From assembly GCA_963422645.2 (NCBI GenBank), contig CAXXVO010000022.1, forward strand, positions 1-32,797: 32,797 nt of DNA, given 5' to 3'. The DNA is from Alphaproteobacteria bacterium (lineage in GTDB: Bacteria; Pseudomonadota; Alphaproteobacteria; UBA828). Below the pieces are notes generated by a model. The model saw nothing but the letters and a program-made list of their open reading frames with translations. It was not told the DNA's origin and did not search any database. A program made the position numbers and the translations under genes. This document shows positions 9,737-20,921 of the stretch, in pieces; positions within the stretch are counted from its first letter, which is position 1; the number at the start of each line of letters is the position of its first letter.

Positions 9737-9853
9737 CACGCCAGGCGGTTGGCTGCGGCTGGCCGCATTAGTGCGTCTGCTCGGGGGTCCTCGCTGGCCT
9801 GAGCGGTGGCGGGGCGAGCGCAGGGCTGCATGAGCGAGCGATCCGAGCGGACC

Positions 9854-10855
9854 ATGGCACGAGACCATCCGGACGAGGCTGCCGCCCCCGCTGTTACGGC
9901 GCCGCTGCCGGCGGTACGCGGCCGCATCTACGACAGCATCGCCCAGACCATCGGCTCGACCCCGCTGGTGCGCTTCAACCGCCTGCCGGCAGAAGCCGGC
10001 TGCGTCGCCGAGATCGTCGGCAAGCTCGAGTTCTTCAACCCCCTTGCTTCGGTCAAGGACCGCATCGGCGTCTCCATGATCGAGGCGGCGGAGGCGGAAG
10101 GCAAAATCGAGCCCGGCCGCTCGGTGCTGGTCGAGCCGACCTCGGGCAACACCGGCATCGCTTTGGCCTTCGTGGCGGCGGCCAAGGGCTACCGGTTGAT
10201 CCTCACCATGCCGGAGAGCATGTCCATCGAGCGCCGGCGCATTCTCCTCTTTCTCGGGGCAGAGCTTGAGCTTACCCCTGCGGCCAAGGGCATCCCCGGC
10301 GCTCTCGCGCGCGCCGAAGAGCTGGTGGACGAGATCGACGGTGCCGTGATGCTTCAGCAGTTCGAGAACCCGGCGAACCCGGCGATCCACCGGGTCACCA
10401 CCGCAGAAGAGATTTGGCGCGATACCGGCGGTGCGCTCGACGCCATCGTTTGCGGGGTCGGCACCGGCGGCACGGTGACCGGCATCGGCCAGGTGCTCAA
10501 ACCCCGTCTGCCGGCGCTCAAGCTGATCGGGGTCGAGCCCGAGGCGAGCGCCGTGCTTTCCGGCGCGCCCGCGGGGCCGCACAAGATTCAGGGCATCGGC
10601 GCGGGCTTCGTGCCGGGCGTGCTCGACCGCTCGGTGCTCGACGAGCTGATCCAGATCAGCGACGAGACCGCCTTCGAGACCGCCCGGCGGCTGGCGCGGC
10701 TGGAGGGTATCCCGGTGGGCATCTCCTCCGGCGCCGCCATCGCCGCAGCGCTCCAGGTCGGCGCGCGCGACGAGATGGCGGGCAAGCGCGTGCTCGTCAT
10801 CGTGCCCTCCTTCGCCGAGCGCTACCTATCGACCGACCTCTTCGCGGGGCTTTAG
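9854..10855 (+). CDS. cysK: Cysteine synthase A
   Basis: [14 protein letters not shown] lysine, [28 protein letters not shown]; exact start uncertain. Confidence 0.95.
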   Translation: MARDHPDEAAAPAVTAPLPAVRGRIYDSIAQTIGSTPLVRFNRLPAEAGCVAEIVGKLEFFNPLASVKDRIGVSMIEAAEAEGKIEPGRSVLVEPTSGNTGIALAFVAAAKGYRLILTMPESMSIERRRILLFLGAELELTPAAKGIPGALARAEELVDEIDGAVMLQQFENPANPAIHRVTTAEEIWRDTGGALDAIVCGVGTGGTVTGIGQVLKPRLPALKLIGVEPEASAVLSGAPAGPHKIQGIGAGFVPGVLDRSVLDELIQISDETAFETARRLARLEGIPVGISSGAAIAAALQVGARDEMAGKRVLVIVPSFAERYLSTDLFAGL

Positions 10856-10864
10856 GACGCCACC

Positions 10865-11680
10865 ATGTTCAACGAACGCCAGCTCGAGCGCTACGCCCGC
10901 CACATCCTGCTGCAGGAGGTGGGCGGCCCCGGCCAGCAGAAGCTGCTGGACTCGAGGGTGCTGGTGGTTGGTGCGGGCGGGCTCGGCTCGCCGCTCATGC
11001 TCTATCTCGCGGCGGCCGGGGTCGGCACCATTGGCGTGGTCGACGACGACGCGGTGGCGCTCTCCAACCTGCAGCGGCAGATTGCCCACACGGAGGCGCG
11101 GATCGGCCATCCCAAGACCGAGAGCGCAGCCGAGACGGTGGCGCGGATCAATCCGGACGTGAGGGTCGAGTGCCACCCGGTGCGGTTAGGCCCGGACAAC
11201 GCCATGGACCTGATCGAGCGCTACGATCTGGTCGCCGACGGCAGCGACAACTTCGCGACGCGCTTCCTCATCAACGATGCGTGCTACCTGTCGCAGACGA
11301 CTCTGGTCTCGGCCTCGATCCTGCGCTTCGACGGCCAGCTCGCGACCTTTAAGGCCCATCTTGGGGGCGACAATCCCTGCTACCGCTGCATCTTCCCCGA
11401 GGCGCCGCCGCCAGGGCTGATCCCGTCCTGCGCTGAGGGCGGCATCCTGGGTGCCGTCGCGGGCTCCATGGGCTCGCTGCAGGCGACCGAGGTGCTGAAG
11501 GAATTGCTGGGAATCGGCGAGAGCCTGTCCGGCAGCCTGATCGTCTACGACGGGCTCGCCGCGATCTTTCGCAAGATCAAGGTGAAGCCCGACCCGGCTT
11601 GCGCGCTCTGCGGCGAGCGGCCCAGCATCGTCGACCTTTCCAACGCTGAAAGCACCGACGCGGATTACTGCGCGGCCTGA
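10865..11680 (+). CDS. moeB: Molybdopterin-synthase adenylyltransferase (MoeB/ThiF family)
   Basis: ERYARH, GAGGLG, SNLQRQ, CYRC, CALC; no rhodanese domain. Confidence 0.88.
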   Translation: MFNERQLERYARHILLQEVGGPGQQKLLDSRVLVVGAGGLGSPLMLYLAAAGVGTIGVVDDDAVALSNLQRQIAHTEARIGHPKTESAAETVARINPDVRVECHPVRLGPDNAMDLIERYDLVADGSDNFATRFLINDACYLSQTTLVSASILRFDGQLATFKAHLGGDNPCYRCIFPEAPPPGLIPSCAEGGILGAVAGSMGSLQATEVLKELLGIGESLSGSLIVYDGLAAIFRKIKVKPDPACALCGERPSIVDLSNAESTDADYCAA

Positions 11681-11693
11681 GCGCCGCGCGGGT

Positions 11694-11841
11694 TAGAGCG
11701 TATCCGTTTAACACGGAAACGCTCTGCTTCTTTGTCGCTCACGGCAGCCGGCCTGCGTCCGGCGCCTGCGCGGGCGCGCCGCATTCGCGGCGGGCCGCGG
11801 TCGCGGCTTGTCGCGCGTCCGTCAAAGACGGACGCGCTCTA
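11694..11841. repeat. ~148-bp palindromic MITE-like element with TAGAGCG...CGCTCTA termini
   Basis: Terminal inverted repeats plus terminal hairpins AGAGCGTATCCGT-ACGGAAACGCTCT and GCGCGTCCGTC-AAA-GACGGACGCGC. Confidence 0.75.
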
Positions 11842-12846
11842 GCCTTCGACGCTGAGGACCCGGATCATCTCGTCGCGGCTGAAGCGCGGCACCGCGCCGC
11901 CTCCCTTGAAGCTGACACCACTCCCCTCTACGGCTCTGGCGACCGGTGCACAGGAAAAACCCTCCGCCCTAAGGCTCGCGAGTGCTTCCTCGGCGGCGTC
12001 GGCGGGAAAGGCCGCGAGCAGGGCGCCGGAGGCGAGCAGCCCCCAAGGGTCGATCCCGAGCGCCTCCGCCATGATGCGGCCCGGAGCGTACCAGAGCACG
12101 GCGTCGGCCGAGACCGAGAGCCCGACGCCCGCCGTCTCCGCCATCTCGTAGAGCCCGGCGGAAAGCCCGCCCTCGGTCGGGTCGTGCATGGCCGAGGCTC
12201 CGAGCGTCGTGGCGCGGAGCGCCGCGTCCACCACCGAGATGCCGGGGTCGGTCAGCGCGCCTTCAGCTTCCGCCAGCGTCGCGGCGGCGACCTTGCCCTC
12301 AAGCTGTGTCCGCGCCTCGGCCGCGAGCACCGCGGCGCCCTCCACCGGCGCCGGGCCGATCTGCACCACCACGTGCCCCGGCTCCACATCGGCGGTGCTG
12401 GCGAAATTGCCGTCTTGCCGGAGCCCCATCATGTGGCCGGCGACCACGGTGCGGCGGACCGCGTCGGTGATCTCGACGTGGCCCCCCACCAGCACGGCGT
12501 CGAGATCCGCCAGCGCCTCGTGCATCCGCCGGTAGAGGGCGCGCACTTCGTCCGCCGTGATCCCCGGAGGCAGCAGGACCGTCGCGGTGAACCAGCGGGG
12601 CCTCGCGCCCATGACCGCGATGTCGTTCGCGTTCACCAGCACCGCGTGGGCGCCGACATCCTGCCCGGTGAGCGTCACCGGGTCGCTGGCCGCGATCAAA
12701 GCGCCGCGCTGCACGGCGACGACGCCTGCATCTTCGCCAACTCTGGGCGGCAGAAGAAGCTCCGGCGGCACGGGCCGCCCAGTGACCAGCACCTCTGCCA
12801 GCAGCGCCGCCGGCAACTTACCGACCTCGAGAACCTCGTCGCTCAT
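11839..12846 (-). CDS. AIR synthase (PurM/HypE/ThiL-like) family protein
   Basis: GKLP, GEDAGVV, DPVT, NANDIAVMGARP, GGHVE, MHDPTEGG. Confidence 0.85.
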   Translation of the reverse strand: MSDEVLEVGKLPAALLAEVLVTGRPVPPELLLPPRVGEDAGVVAVQRGALIAASDPVTLTGQDVGAHAVLVNANDIAVMGARPRWFTATVLLPPGITADEVRALYRRMHEALADLDAVLVGGHVEITDAVRRTVVAGHMMGLRQDGNFASTADVEPGHVVVQIGPAPVEGAAVLAAEARTQLEGKVAAATLAEAEGALTDPGISVVDAALRATTLGASAMHDPTEGGLSAGLYEMAETAGVGLSVSADAVLWYAPGRIMAEALGIDPWGLLASGALLAAFPADAAEEALASLRAEGFSCAPVARAVEGSGVSFKGGGAVPRFSRDEMIRVLSVEG

Positions 12847-13054
12847 TCCACAGTGCTCGCACGCTTAGCCGCCACCGATGACGACGGCAGCGGCATGTAA
12901 CAGACAGGGAGAGAATGTACCACCACTGCGCCCTCGCGTGCTTGCCTGCGGCACGGGATGGGCGCATTCTGGCGCCAGTTCGCAGAGGGCGCGCGTAGCG
13001 ACTGCGCGACGGTCCCTCGGGTGCGGGCGCTCCCCCTCTTTAGGAGTCTCGACC

Positions 13055-14383
13055 ATGGCGTATCCCGATCCGCACTCGCGTTCTGCCGCGCTTGGCGAGA
13101 GGGCGCGCGCGGTGTTCCCCGGTGGCGGCACGCGCGGCCTCACTCAGCTTTCGCCCTATCCGATTTACGCGCGCGAGGCCCAGGGCTGCCGCGTCACCGA
13201 CGTGGACGGCGTAGAGCGGATCGACTTCATCAACAACTACACGGTCCAACTCTTCGGTCACTCGCACCCGGCCATCGTCGAGGCGGTGGTGAAGCAGGCC
13301 GAGCGGTTCATGTCGCTCACGCTGGCGACCGAGAGCGAGATCGAGCTTGGCGAGCAGATCTGCGGCCGGGCGCCGTCGCTCCAGCACATCCGCTTCACCA
13401 ACACCGGCACCGAAGCCGTGATGCACGCCATCAAGGGCGCCCGCGCCTTCACCGGACGGCCCAAGATCGCCAAGTGCGAGGGCGTCTATCACGGCGCCTA
13501 CGACTATGCCGAGGCGAGCCTGGATCCGGACCCGCAAAGTTGGGGGACCGACCGCCCGCGCCCGGTGGGCTACGCCAAGGGAACACCCGCCGGGCTGCTG
13601 CAGGATGCGGTGATCATCCCCTTCAACGACGTGGCGCAGACCCGCGCAATCCTGGAGCGCCATGCCGACGAGCTTGCCGCCGTTCTGATCGACCTCGCGC
13701 CGGCCCGCTGCGGCGGCGCGCCGATGAGCCCGGCCTATATCGAGATGCTGCACGAGTTCCGCCGCTCGTCCGGCGCGCTCATCATCGACGACGAGGTGAT
13801 CACCTTCCGCCTGCACGAGGGCGGCGCCCAGACCCTTTATGGGCTCGAGCCCGACCTCACCACTCTCGGCAAGGTGATCGGCGGAGGCTTGCCGATCGGC
13901 GCGGTGGCGGGCACCGCCGAGGCGATGGCGGTCTACGACAGCAGCACGGGCAAGGCCGCCTGCCCGCACTCCGGCACGTTCACGGCCAATCCGCTCTCCA
14001 TGGCCGCAGGGGTGGCGGCGATGCGCATGTTCACGGCTGAGAACGTCGAGCGGCTGAACGCGCTCGGCGAGAGCGCCCGCGTCAAGCTGCGCGAGGCCTT
14101 CCGCATTGCAGGCTGCGAGGGACAGGTCACCGGCGAGGGCTCGCTCATCCTCTTCCACATGAGCGACGAGGCGCTCACCGATTACCGCGCGGTCTACCGT
14201 GCCGGTACCGACGGGCGCGCGCGCAAGCTGGACGGGCTGTTCCGCGCTCTGCTCAACAACGGCGTCGTGACCTCGACCTCCGGCATGGCATGCCTTTCCA
14301 CCCCGATGGAGGAGGCGGAGATCGACCATCTGGCCGACGCCGTGCTGGCGAGCCTGCGGACGGTCGAGCGCGAGGCTGCCTGA
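13055..14383 (+). CDS. Class III PLP aminotransferase (GSA-aminomutase-like)
   Basis: RFTNTGTEA, YHG, DEVITFR, TLGKVIGGG, SGTFTANP; TAGGAG RBS before ATG 13055. Confidence 0.9.
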   Translation: MAYPDPHSRSAALGERARAVFPGGGTRGLTQLSPYPIYAREAQGCRVTDVDGVERIDFINNYTVQLFGHSHPAIVEAVVKQAERFMSLTLATESEIELGEQICGRAPSLQHIRFTNTGTEAVMHAIKGARAFTGRPKIAKCEGVYHGAYDYAEASLDPDPQSWGTDRPRPVGYAKGTPAGLLQDAVIIPFNDVAQTRAILERHADELAAVLIDLAPARCGGAPMSPAYIEMLHEFRRSSGALIIDDEVITFRLHEGGAQTLYGLEPDLTTLGKVIGGGLPIGAVAGTAEAMAVYDSSTGKAACPHSGTFTANPLSMAAGVAAMRMFTAENVERLNALGESARVKLREAFRIAGCEGQVTGEGSLILFHMSDEALTDYRAVYRAGTDGRARKLDGLFRALLNNGVVTSTSGMACLSTPMEEAEIDHLADAVLASLRTVEREAA

Positions 14384-14412
14384 GCACTGCACGGCGCCAG
14401 CCGCCCTGCGCC

Positions 14413-14748
14413 ATGAGCCAGCGCGTCCTCTGCCGCCTGGACGAGATTCCCGATCCGGGCTCCAAGGGCTTCGACTTTCGTGAGGGCGCCGACCTGCGCT
14501 CGGTCTTCGTGGTGCGTTCAGGCGGCACGGTGCGGGCCTACGAGAACTCGTGCCCGCACACCCTGGGTCCGCTCGACTGGGTGCCGGACCAGTTCCTCAC
14601 CCGCGAGAAGGACATGATCCTCTGCGCCACCCACGGCGCGCTTTTCCGCATCGAAGACGGGCACTGCCTCTCCGGCCCCTGCGTCGGCGAGAGCCTCACG
14701 CCGCTCCATGTCTCGATCGAGGGCGAGTCGGTCGCCGTCACGCTCTAA
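14413..14748 (+). CDS. Rieske [2Fe-2S] ferredoxin-like protein
   Basis: NSCPH and CATHGALF motifs, GPC. Confidence 0.9.
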   Translation: MSQRVLCRLDEIPDPGSKGFDFREGADLRSVFVVRSGGTVRAYENSCPHTLGPLDWVPDQFLTREKDMILCATHGALFRIEDGHCLSGPCVGESLTPLHVSIEGESVAVTL

Positions 14749-14810
14749 CCGTATATAATCCCGCCGCGCCGAGACGGTCGGCCGATCCAGCAGGGAGGCG
14801 TTGCGCCACG

Positions 14811-16754
<1,944 letters not shown>

Positions 16755-16796
16755 GCGGCGCGCGGATGCTTCGCTCGCCGCTGTCGGCCTGGAATC

Positions 16797-18317
16797 ATGT
16801 CTGACCCCACTAACATCCACGCGCTGCTGGAGCGGGGCGGGCGGGACGATATCGCCATCGCGGCGCCGGAGCGTGAGCCGCTGACCTATGGCGGCCTCCG
16901 CGACCAGGTCGGGCGCACGGGCGACGCGCTTGCCCAAGCCGGGATCGGGCCGGGCGATCGGGTGGCCATCGTGCTCCCCAACGGGCCGGAGATGGCGACG
17001 GCCTTCCTCGGCGCGGCGGCGCACGCCACGGCGGCACCGCTCAATCCCGCCTATCGGGTGGACGAGTTCGCCTTCTACCTCGAAGACCTGCGGGCCAAGG
17101 CGCTGATTCTGGAGGCCGGCACCGAGAGTGCGGCCATCGAAGCGGCGGCGCGTGTGGGAGTCCCGATCATCCCGCTTGCGGCGGAGACCGGCGCTGGCGC
17201 CGGCTGTTTCAGCCTCGATTTCTCGTCCGGCGCCCGCGAGGCACGCAACGACGGCGAGACGGACGATGCGGCGCTGGTGCTTCACACCTCTGGCACCACG
17301 TCCCGGCCCAAGATCGTGCCGCTCACCGGTGCTAACCTCTGCGCCTCAGCCCGCAACATCGCCGACTGGATCTCGCTCGAGCCCGGCGATCGCTGCCTCA
17401 ACATCATGCCGCTCTTCCACATCCACGGGCTGATGGCGGGCGTGATGGCTTCGCTCCACGCCGGCGCCTGCGTGATCTGCACGCCGGGCTTCAACGCGCT
17501 CCGCGTCTTCGCCTGGCTCGACGAGATGGTGCCGACCTGGCTCACGGCCGTCCCCACCATGCACCAGGCGATCCTCGCGCGGGCTGCCCGCAACAGGGAG
17601 ATCGTCGCGCGCCGCCGGCTCCGGCTGCTGCGCTCGTCGTCGTCCTCGCTGCCGGCGCCGGTGATGGGCGAGCTCGAGGCGACCTTCGACGCGCCGGTGA
17701 TCGAGTCCTACGGCATGACCGAGGCCTCCCACCAGATGACCAGCAACCCGCTGCCGCCCGCCGAGCGCAGGCCGGGCGGGGTGGGCATCGCCGCCGGGCC
17801 GCAAGTCGCGATCATGGACGAGGCCGGCGCCTTGCAGCAGCCGGGCACCGAGGGCGAGGTGGTGATCCGCGGCCCGAACGTCACCCATGGCTACGAGAAC
17901 AACCCGGAGGCCAACGCGACGGCGTTCGCGCACGATTGGTTCCGTACCGGCGATCAGGGGGTGATCGATCAGGCCGGGTATCTGACGCTCACCGGCCGGC
18001 TCAAGGAGATCATCAATCGGGGCGGCGAGAAGATCGCGCCGCGCGAGGTCGACGACGTGCTGATGACCCACCCGGCGGTGGCCCAGGCGGTCGCCTTCGC
18101 CGTGCCGCACCAAAAACTCGGCGAGGACGTAGCGGCGGTGATCGTGCTGCGCGAGGGCGCCGAGGTGGGGGAGCGGGAGCTCCGCGCCTTCGCCGCCGAG
18201 TCACTCGCGGACTTCAAGGTCCCGCGCAGGATCCTCTTCCGCGACGAGATCCCCAAGGGCGCCACCGGCAAGCTCCAGCGCATCGGCCTCGCCGAGAAGC
18301 TGGGCATCACGTCGTGA
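16797..18317 (+). CDS. Acyl-CoA synthetase, oxalate-CoA ligase-like
   Basis: HTSGTTSRPKIVPL, LFHIHGL, RSSSSSL, YGMTEASHQM, INRGGEK, PKGATGKLQR. Confidence 0.85.
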   Translation: MSDPTNIHALLERGGRDDIAIAAPEREPLTYGGLRDQVGRTGDALAQAGIGPGDRVAIVLPNGPEMATAFLGAAAHATAAPLNPAYRVDEFAFYLEDLRAKALILEAGTESAAIEAAARVGVPIIPLAAETGAGAGCFSLDFSSGAREARNDGETDDAALVLHTSGTTSRPKIVPLTGANLCASARNIADWISLEPGDRCLNIMPLFHIHGLMAGVMASLHAGACVICTPGFNALRVFAWLDEMVPTWLTAVPTMHQAILARAARNREIVARRRLRLLRSSSSSLPAPVMGELEATFDAPVIESYGMTEASHQMTSNPLPPAERRPGGVGIAAGPQVAIMDEAGALQQPGTEGEVVIRGPNVTHGYENNPEANATAFAHDWFRTGDQGVIDQAGYLTLTGRLKEIINRGGEKIAPREVDDVLMTHPAVAQAVAFAVPHQKLGEDVAAVIVLREGAEVGERELRAFAAESLADFKVPRRILFRDEIPKGATGKLQRIGLAEKLGITS

Positions 18318-18406
18318 GGGTCGAGCCGTGACCCTGTTGGCGACGGTGCTCCGCGTTTGCGGCAGCGGCATGGGAATCTTTCTCCGCTACGGGGGAACGC
18401 AATCGC

Positions 18407-18517
18407 CCCCACCTCACCCCGGCCCTCTCCGCCCCCGGGGGCGGAGAGGGAGAGTAGACGGTGCCGACCACGTTCCCCCTCCGCCCTTTAGGGGGGAGGG
18501 GGACAGGGGGAGGTGGG
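18407..18517. repeat. Bipartite palindromic REP-like element, copy B (inverted relative to copy A)
   Basis: Reverse complement matches both arms of 4416-4527 with a different central spacer. Confidence 0.85.
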
Positions 18518-18580
18518 CGTCGTTCGCGCGTCGTCGCGCCGGACATAGACGCACCGCCCGTCGATGAGCGAGGTCGTGCC

Positions 18581-19627
18581 GTGAAGATCTGCATCGTCGG
18601 CGCAGGCGCCATCGGCGCCTACTTCGGGCTGGAGCTTGCGCTGGGCGGGGCCGATGTCTCGCTGATCGCGCGCGGGCCGCATCTCGCGGCCATGCAGGCC
18701 GCCGGCGTGCGCGTGCGGGCCGGGGGCGAGGAGCGCCGGGCCCAGATTCGCGCGACCGACGACCCGGCCGAGCTCGGCCCGCAGGATGCCGTCATCATCA
18801 CGCTCAAGGCGCACTCGGTGTCGGGCATCTGCGAGCGCCTGCAGCCGCTGCTGGGCTCGGAGACCGCGGTGGTCACCGCGTCCAACGGCATCCCCTGGTG
18901 GTACTTCCACAAGCTGGAGGGTCCCTACGAGGGCCGGCGCATCGCTGCCGTGGACCCCGACGGCACCCAGTGGGACCTGATCGGGCCGGAGCGCGCCATC
19001 GGCTGCGTCATCTTCGCGGCGGGCGAGATCGTCGAGCCCGGCGTGATCGAGGTCTCCGCCCACCTCAGCCAGAAGCGCCTGCCCTTCGGCGAGCCGGACG
19101 GCACGCGCAGCGAGCGCGTGCAAGCGCTGAGCCGGGCCTTCATCGCCGCCGGCTTCAAGTCGCCGGTGCGGCCCGACATCCGCTCCGACATCTGGGTCAA
19201 GCTCTGGGGCAACCTCGCCTTCAACCCGGTGAGTGCGCTGACCGGCGCCACGCTGGAGGACATCGCCCGCGACGCCGGCACCCGCGCCGTGGTGCGCGCC
19301 ATGATGGCGGAGGGGCAGGCGGTGGGCGAGGCGCTCGGCGCGCGCTTCGCCATCGACGTGGACAAGCGCATCGAGGGCGCCGAGCAGGTCGGCGCGCACC
19401 GCACCTCGATGCTTCAGGACTTGTCGCTGGGCCGGCCCATGGAAGTCGAGGCCCTGGTCGGCGTAATCAGCGAGCTCGGCCGCCTGGTCGGCGTCCCAAC
19501 GCCCAGCATCGACATGGTCTACGCCCTGGTGAAGCAGCGCGCCATCGAGGCGGGGTGTATGACGGGGAGACGAGCCGGCAACTGCACTTTTAGATCAAGA
19601 TCACCACTAACCCCATCTTGTTTCTAG
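18581..19627 (+). CDS. panE: 2-dehydropantoate 2-reductase family protein (PanE2/oxalyl-CoA reductase-like)
   Basis: GAGAIG, NGIPWWYF, WVKLWGN, TSMLQD; GTG start; C-terminal tail runs into AT-rich DNA. Confidence 0.85.
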   Translation: MKICIVGAGAIGAYFGLELALGGADVSLIARGPHLAAMQAAGVRVRAGGEERRAQIRATDDPAELGPQDAVIITLKAHSVSGICERLQPLLGSETAVVTASNGIPWWYFHKLEGPYEGRRIAAVDPDGTQWDLIGPERAIGCVIFAAGEIVEPGVIEVSAHLSQKRLPFGEPDGTRSERVQALSRAFIAAGFKSPVRPDIRSDIWVKLWGNLAFNPVSALTGATLEDIARDAGTRAVVRAMMAEGQAVGEALGARFAIDVDKRIEGAEQVGAHRTSMLQDLSLGRPMEVEALVGVISELGRLVGVPTPSIDMVYALVKQRAIEAGCMTGRRAGNCTFRSRSPLTPSCF

Positions 19628-19643
19628 CCTATGAGACCATGCC

Positions 19644-20708
19644 CTAGTGCGAGTATTCGTTGTCCAATTCAATGGAGTGAATGATGGTCTCACCAGATGA
19701 TTTCGAATAGGACAAAGCTAGGCTGATTGGCGTCTCAATCGTTTGGCTGACCGCCGCCACCCATTCATTCCAGTCGCGATCAATGACAAATAAGTCTTTA
19801 TGTTCGCGCATATAGAGGTCAAATTTTTCAATAAATCCACTTGCTTCTATTTCGACGGATCCGGATAGCATAATGAGGTACTCACCAACTTCCACCTTTT
19901 TGATTTCCCAATCCTCTATAGCAACACTGTGCACAGCATCAATTGTAACTTCGTTTTCGAATTGTAAGCCTTCTATTCCATAAGCCGAATACGAAGACAG
20001 GTACTCCTCGACTTCTTCGCGGGCTCTAGCTAAAAGGTTTCCTAAATTGAACTCCGGGATATACGCGGGATCAATGCGTTCCAAGAGAGGTGAAATCCTT
20101 TCGCCAAAAAAATCGCGCAGACCCGTGTAGACCGTTACCATTTTGCCTTGGTTGCGAATACCTTCTACCAAATGAGCATGCAGAACCCACTCTCGATCCT
20201 TCTTCTCGCAAAAATCTTTGACGTTATTAGTTAAGAAGTATATTTCTATAGTGCCCTCAGATAACTCATTAATTTCTGAAGCGATGCTATTCCACAACAA
20301 GTAATCCTTAAATCCTGCTCCATTCTCTTTGAAGGGCTTCTTGCGTTCATATGAGGCCCTCACGATTTCCTCGGGCCTCAACTCCGGATATGGCAGAATT
20401 TCCACTCCATAATTTCGCAAAATTTCCTCAAACCAACTTGAAAATAATACTTGTTCCTCTAGGAAATTTGTATCCGTAATCAGACCTTTGCCGGCCAACT
20501 TGTTTATATCTTCTCTCAGCTTGCAAAATTGCTCATGTTTATTCTCTAGCGCAAGCCTAAATTGTCCTGAAGTCTCGTCCAAAACTATCTGCGGAATTGA
20601 TAAACGCAAGCCTAAGAATCGCGACGACTTTAGGAGTGAAGAGGCAATTGAAGAGCGAAGGTAATTTTCTCCAATTACAATGCTTGTGTCAAGAAAAATA
20701 ATCATCAC
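19644..20708 (-). CDS. PIN-like domain protein (DUF4935-like), AT-rich
   Basis: IFLDTS, IPQIVLDE, KPF..GFKDYLLW, FLTNNVKDF acidic PIN motifs; composition far more AT-rich than neighbours. Confidence 0.78.
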   Translation of the reverse strand: MMIIFLDTSIVIGENYLRSSIASSLLKSSRFLGLRLSIPQIVLDETSGQFRLALENKHEQFCKLREDINKLAGKGLITDTNFLEEQVLFSSWFEEILRNYGVEILPYPELRPEEIVRASYERKKPFKENGAGFKDYLLWNSIASEINELSEGTIEIYFLTNNVKDFCEKKDREWVLHAHLVEGIRNQGKMVTVYTGLRDFFGERISPLLERIDPAYIPEFNLGNLLARAREEVEEYLSSYSAYGIEGLQFENEVTIDAVHSVAIEDWEIKKVEVGEYLIMLSGSVEIEASGFIEKFDLYMREHKDLFVIDRDWNEWVAAVSQTIETPISLALSYSKSSGETIIHSIELDNEYSH

Positions 20709-20921
20709 AAGTGTTCCCTATCGGAAACGTGGATGGGCGAAATTCAAAGACTATCCGTAACTGCCCAGGTACCCCCTCTCTCTTATGGAACAAGCCAGTT
20801 CCTTTTGCGTCAACGCCCCCACGCCGCGGGGGTGCCTACTCTCTTGAGCGCGAGAGGATGATGAACGCCGCGTCGCGAACAAGATGAGAGGACAGCGATA
20901 CTCAGGATGAGCCGGAGAAGT

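Noticed and set aside
9854-11680. cysK-moeB as a CysO-type sulfur-carrier pathway
   Set aside because: No ubiquitin-like carrier or JAB peptidase nearby, and MoeB has no rhodanese domain.
13055-14383. Calling the aminotransferase hemL
   Set aside because: Only family-level similarity; it lacks the typical HemL N-terminal GGVNSPVR motif.
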